Shown here piece by piece: positions 59,735 to 64,000 of a stretch of 64,000 nt of DNA. Positions within the stretch are counted from its first letter, which is position 1. Each line of letters starts with the position of its first letter. The stretch is taken from the NCBI GenBank assembly GCA_963777505.1, contig CAVZQN010000011.1, positions 195,775 to 259,774 on the forward strand. Direction: 5' to 3'. A model generated the notes under the pieces. The model did no database searches, had not been told where the DNA came from, and saw only the letters and a program-made list of their open reading frames with translations. A program made the position numbers and the translations under genes. This DNA is from an uncultured bacterium. Its GTDB lineage: Bacteria; Acidobacteriota; HRBIN11; JAKEFK01.

Positions 59735-60144
59735 GCCGGCTCCTCTTCTTCTGTTGCAGGGAGAATGAACTATGCAATTTGCCCCTTGCATTGAGTTTTA
59801 TTTGAGGGAGGTGGTACGTTAATCCGTTGATGGCTAGCGTAAATCCTTTCTCAAAATGCAAGGGATTGCATTTCGCCGCTCTCCAATTTCAATACTCTTT
59901 ATGTGCTCCTAATATTTGATGCTCACGTTTTCTCAAATACTTAATATCGTGAAACAAAGTTCCAAGGGTGTATCAGTTAAGTAAATTTTACGTATCAGAC
60001 TTTGTTTTCGCTTGTCTTATTCTCGTAAGATCGAGGAGGTAAGTCTGTCGACAAAACACAAATGTTTTGTAGTATTTTTTGTACGGCGAAGGTCGTAAAC
60101 ATGATGACGTAAAATTACCATCTGGAAAGGCCGCTAAAAGTCTT

Positions 60145-60399
60145 TTAGAGACTTTCGGGGCTAAGAATTTGTTGGCGTCGGAGGGCTTTCGCTTTATAAA
60201 GCTCCCGATCTGCGTAATCGATCAGTTGATCGGCTGATAATTCGTGACTGAATTCAGCAATCCCCATACTGACAGACAGGGTTTTGCCAAAAAAGGCGGT
60301 ACTTGTTATAACGATTCGCATTCGATCCGCTACAATCTCGACCCCGTAGCGATCTGTGCTCGGAAGGATCAATAAGAATTCCCCACCAAAACAGAGCAA
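60145..60399 (-). pseudogene. C-terminal half of a GGDEF domain
   Basis: FGGEFLLILP (one residue short), VSMGIA, ADRELYKAK; N-terminal half absent. Confidence 0.7.
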
Positions 60400-60625
60400 C
60401 TGGGGAAGGTGTTCGAAAGTAGTGTTTCTGTTTCAGCCGATATGGTTCCGCTGAGCGAGAGAATAATTATGATAAGAAAAGCAGCACAAAATGAAGCAAT
60501 GAGCGGTCTGGTTGAAGCTCTTAGTAAAGGGAACGGACTCCCCAATGTCATCCTTTTACTTGTCTCTTGTCGAGGAGTTTATTGGAGGCGGGACTGTATG
60601 TCAAATTTGTAGTATCCTGCTCTCG

Positions 60626-61411
60626 ATGATGAGCTTTTTCAGAGCCTTATTCATTCTAATTATTCCAACGATCCTTTTCGCTCAAAATTATCTTCAGTAT
60701 GAATTAGGCACTACATCCCGGCAGTGTGGACATCCTGGATATTCATTCGACATGAATAAGATTTACGAAACTGCGAACAAATATCCAAATCCACATATCC
60801 TGATTGTAACGGGTGAAGAAAGAACGAAAGTTGAAGAAGAAATCAAGCTTTGGAATGAAGAAGGCAAAAAGCCAAGAAAAGGAATGGATCCGTGTTCGAA
60901 TTGCAGTCAGGAATATGACGCGTGTGTCGTTTTCGATTACCTGGATGCGAATGTAGAAAATTGTTCCAATTGGACAGAGTGGAGAGACGATTGGGACCGA
61001 AAAGTTCATGATCTGATTGACAAAGGTTTAAGCAAGTTCACCTTTGCGGATCCAAACATCTATACGTTAAACTTTCGTCTTGCAGTTGGCCCGGATGGAA
61101 AAGTGATGACTGCAGGACGTCCAGTGACCCACGGGCAAGGTCCTGATCCAAACAGTCACACACCTCCATGGACGCAGCAGGATATGAATGATTTTGCAAG
61201 ATATGCACCTGTAACGCTATCGAATATGACTCAATGGTTTCAGGCAGAACTTTTGAAAATTAGAGCGTGTCCTTTTCCTAAAGGTTCACGCTGCGATATG
61301 TGGAGCGCACTCCTTCGGTTTTTCACAACGTTCCGGGAGAGGATAAAAAGAAGCCGTCGCCAGTTCCAAAAGAGCCCGGAGTTCGTTAAGTCCTTGTGTC
61401 TTTGCGGTTAA
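60626..61411 (+). CDS. Exported hypothetical protein (3' end possibly frameshifted)
   Basis: TATCCT 7 nt before ATG 60626; signal peptide; listed ORF ends inside a REP. Confidence 0.65.
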   Translation: MMSFFRALFILIIPTILFAQNYLQYELGTTSRQCGHPGYSFDMNKIYETANKYPNPHILIVTGEERTKVEEEIKLWNEEGKKPRKGMDPCSNCSQEYDACVVFDYLDANVENCSNWTEWRDDWDRKVHDLIDKGLSKFTFADPNIYTLNFRLAVGPDGKVMTAGRPVTHGQGPDPNSHTPPWTQQDMNDFARYAPVTLSNMTQWFQAELLKIRACPFPKGSRCDMWSALLRFFTTFRERIKRSRRQFQKSPEFVKSLCLCG

Positions 61412-61661
61412 TCATATCCTTTGAACCCTACGGAACTCCCAGTCACTAGGCTTTTCATTGTCGATTCCTGATTCTTCGGACGACTATATATTAGTTCGTA
61501 GGGGCGGGTCTCGTAACCGTCGAGGCCCGGCCTTGCGGTAGCGGGATGCGAAGGCCGGGCCTCAGTAGCCCCCGGCGTAAGCCGGGGGAAAAGAAGATAC
61601 CGAAACGACCAGCCCGCCAAAGGCGGGCGTAAGAGTCTGAAAACATAAAAGGAGAACAGAT

Positions 61662-62156
61662 ATGGATAAATCAACATTGTTATTTTTCTTAGAATTTTCC
61701 GATGTTGTCGTAAATCAAAATTGCGAAGGCATCACCAACGAGGAATCATTAATTGAACCCAAGGGTGGTGCACACAGTTTTAATTGGGTATTGGGACATT
61801 TCGTCCGAACTCGCAATGATATTTTGGACTTTATCTGGAAGAAGCCTCTCTATGAAAAATCCAAATTTGAAATTTATACTCCGAAGGATTTCGATCCCAA
61901 AAAGGCGGTTGATATTCAGGAACTCCAACGATCGTTCAATGCGTTGCAGAGCGAAATGAAAAATGGAATTGAAGCTATGACCGTGGAGAAGTTAACTCAA
62001 CAGACATCCATGGTTCCTGGAAAGGAACCCAACGATACAATTGGATCTGTTCTTGCAACGATTCTTTGGCATGAGGCGTATCATGCAGGACAGCTAGGCA
62101 TCATCAGACGGGTTGTTGGAAAGCCCGGGAAAATTAAAAATCCGTCAGGTGAATAG
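61662..62156 (+). CDS. DinB family protein
   Basis: NWVLGH, WHEAYHAGQ; AAGGAG SD. Confidence 0.9.
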   Translation: MDKSTLLFFLEFSDVVVNQNCEGITNEESLIEPKGGAHSFNWVLGHFVRTRNDILDFIWKKPLYEKSKFEIYTPKDFDPKKAVDIQELQRSFNALQSEMKNGIEAMTVEKLTQQTSMVPGKEPNDTIGSVLATILWHEAYHAGQLGIIRRVVGKPGKIKNPSGE

Positions 62157-62160
62157 GAAG

Positions 62161-62559
62161 ATGGTATGGATATTGTTAAGCTACGATAGCCGCAGATTTT
62201 TTGTTTTTTGGATCCGGATTTTTTTCGGAATATGGTTTCTTTATGCCGGACTTTTCAAATGGATTTCGATTGGACCGGAGGGATTGGTCAACATGGTCAC
62301 ATCGATGTTTGACAAAACCTGGTCGCCGCATTGGTTGAATGTATTGCTTGCCTGGATAATTTTGATCGCTGAGCCAGTTTTGTCGTTGTGGATCCTTTCA
62401 GGAAAGTGGCAGCGTTTAGCATGGACACTTACCTCAATTTTCATGTTTCAGCTTGTTGCAGGTCAAACTTTATTGATGAAACCTGATGTGATTGCGAATT
62501 GGCAATATCTTGTATTGACGGTTGTGTGTGCATCGTTAAGTGACCCAATGAAACAATAA
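62161..62559 (+). CDS. DoxX-like membrane protein
   Basis: RIFFGIWFLYAGLFK, AEPVL; four TM segments. Confidence 0.7.
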   Translation: MVWILLSYDSRRFFVFWIRIFFGIWFLYAGLFKWISIGPEGLVNMVTSMFDKTWSPHWLNVLLAWIILIAEPVLSLWILSGKWQRLAWTLTSIFMFQLVAGQTLLMKPDVIANWQYLVLTVVCASLSDPMKQ

Positions 62560-62562
62560 TCC

Positions 62563-63930
62563 CTACAATATGTGCCAGACCATTCCGACTACTTTCCATG
62601 TCGATTCGCGTTCCGAAAATACGATCAGAATCGAGTCATAGGGTGATTGCTGAAAACGAAAAATTGCAGCATACACATTCTGACGCGAACCTCCTGGTTG
62701 CGGCAGCGGCACGATCATATATGGCTTCTCAAATCCTGGAGCTTCGATTGCTTCGCTTAAGTCTTTTGCGAATAGCAGTGAGAACTCGTTTTGGGACTGC
62801 ATCGCTGTTTCAGGAAGCGCGCTATAGCCCTCAGCATTTGGAAGGCCGTGGCCGAGTTTGTTAACAAGTCCATGGTCTTGAACCAACCACATCATAAGAA
62901 ATTTTCCGATCCAGGACCGCGTAACATTGGAATCTAAATTCAAAGCATTTAGTTGCTTTGAAATTTCGTCTATCTGAATGAATTCCAAAGCGCCGTTGAT
63001 GCTGCGCTCTACGATCCACTTTCTCAGAAATGCTTCAATTACTTCTCTTAAAGCTTGCGGGATATTCTGAGCCTCTTTCTTTAGATTGGAGCCGGTTTCG
63101 CGGTAGCGTCGGAACTTGGGAGCGATTTGGCCTGGAGTATTAATATCTTCCAGGAAATTTGCATCCTTATATATATCGAACGGAATTTCACTATCAGATT
63201 TGAACCATTGACGTTTTGCTTCTTTGTCGCATGCTTCTGCAAATTTGCGAACGTCAACTTTAAGCTGAGGCCAGGATTCTGCAGGACTGTTTCGAAGTGA
63301 AGAGTGATAGTTGAGATAATCGGAGAGTGCGTAGTATACGGCTTCCGCCATTTCAACAGTTTCATCGGGAAAAACACAGGTGAGATCCGCATTATGACTG
63401 TACCAGCCATCTCGATCTGCGGGGTGACCATAGGATAAATTTGGATAGACTTTCGCATAAAAAGGGAAGAACGGTATATCGGGAACACCCTGGTGCGACC
63501 ATGAATCTTGAAGAGGATGAAGTGCTACACCGAAATCTTCAAGCGCATTTGAAACCGGACGTCCTTCTATTTTCGATTGGGATTCTTTGATGTGTTGTTC
63601 ATGCGCAGCAGCGTTGGAAGGTTGAACGCGACGTTTGTCGGGTTCGCCCGGTATGGGTCCATAGGAGGGGAAATGGATCCGTTGAATTTCTTTTGAAGCG
63701 TTGACATCACCGGTAGTCAGAACGTGCAACAAGACTGCCCAGGTGGCCGGACGATAGAGGCCGTCATCGACACTTTGATCGCCTTGCGCGATGGACTCCG
63801 CATTTCGCGGATGAAAGCCAGCTTTGATGGCTAACCAGTAAGTCAGACCATAATGAACATCTTTTTCGTAAGCGAATAAATTGTTTGTCAGGAAGAATAA
63901 GAGAAGTGTGATCAGACTCCGGTTGATCAT
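62563..63930 (-). CDS. Exported protein with His-rich, phospholipase C/DUF6765-like N-terminal domain
   Basis: HYGLTYWLA, DQSVD, HFP, GVALHPLQDSWSHQG; signal peptide from MINRSL. Confidence 0.55.
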   Translation of the reverse strand: MINRSLITLLLFFLTNNLFAYEKDVHYGLTYWLAIKAGFHPRNAESIAQGDQSVDDGLYRPATWAVLLHVLTTGDVNASKEIQRIHFPSYGPIPGEPDKRRVQPSNAAAHEQHIKESQSKIEGRPVSNALEDFGVALHPLQDSWSHQGVPDIPFFPFYAKVYPNLSYGHPADRDGWYSHNADLTCVFPDETVEMAEAVYYALSDYLNYHSSLRNSPAESWPQLKVDVRKFAEACDKEAKRQWFKSDSEIPFDIYKDANFLEDINTPGQIAPKFRRYRETGSNLKKEAQNIPQALREVIEAFLRKWIVERSINGALEFIQIDEISKQLNALNLDSNVTRSWIGKFLMMWLVQDHGLVNKLGHGLPNAEGYSALPETAMQSQNEFSLLFAKDLSEAIEAPGFEKPYMIVPLPQPGGSRQNVYAAIFRFQQSPYDSILIVFSERESTWKVVGMVWHIL

Positions 63931-64000
63931 TTGTGAAATTTTATCACCTAAAGGTTTGTAGTAAGGCACGCAGCTGAGCGAATGCGAAGCAGTGCCGTGA

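Noticed and set aside
60145-60551. Functional diguanylate cyclase
   Set aside because: Signature motif is incomplete and the N-terminal half of the domain is missing
1-64000. Numerous 60-170 aa antisense or overlapping ORFs; tRNA, rRNA and known riboswitches
   Set aside because: The ORFs are shadows of well-supported genes with no motifs; no RNA gene was recognised by eye, and an Rfam or tRNAscan search would be needed to exclude them

Overview
Bacterial chromosomal window of moderate GC. The gene style (FHA domains, Ser/Thr kinases, many REP-like intergenic elements) suggests an Acidobacteriota-like lineage, but that is inference only. 0-14 kb: housekeeping and envelope genes (aroF, iscS, zinc-ribbon/FHA, mnmA, PMM/PGM, FlgT/CsgG-like operon, pgsA-like, AI-2E, OCD). 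14.4-22.9 kb: a candidate signalling module of FHA-bEBP, sigma54 promoter with tandem UAS-like sites, three exported proteins and a membrane Ser/Thr kinase-TPR. 23.8-32.6 kb: a chromosomal integron with frameshifted intI, attI, seven clearly bounded cassettes, an IS110 remnant and an eroded tail. Its most unusual trait is a family of very long (170-185 bp) attC sites carrying a sigma70-like promoter in the apical loop; the promoter persists where the recombination arms have decayed. 32.7-38.3 kb: a 1875-aa cytoplasmic kinase-STAND ATPase fused to two family-5 solute-binding domains. 41.5-42.1 kb: an AhpD-like selenoprotein (CxxU plus SECIS-like hairpin) that the ORF track truncates. The rest is hydrolases, peptidases and hypothetical exported proteins. 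Many genes look leaderless. Several single-base frameshifts may be sequencing errors. No rRNA, tRNA or CRISPR array was seen.
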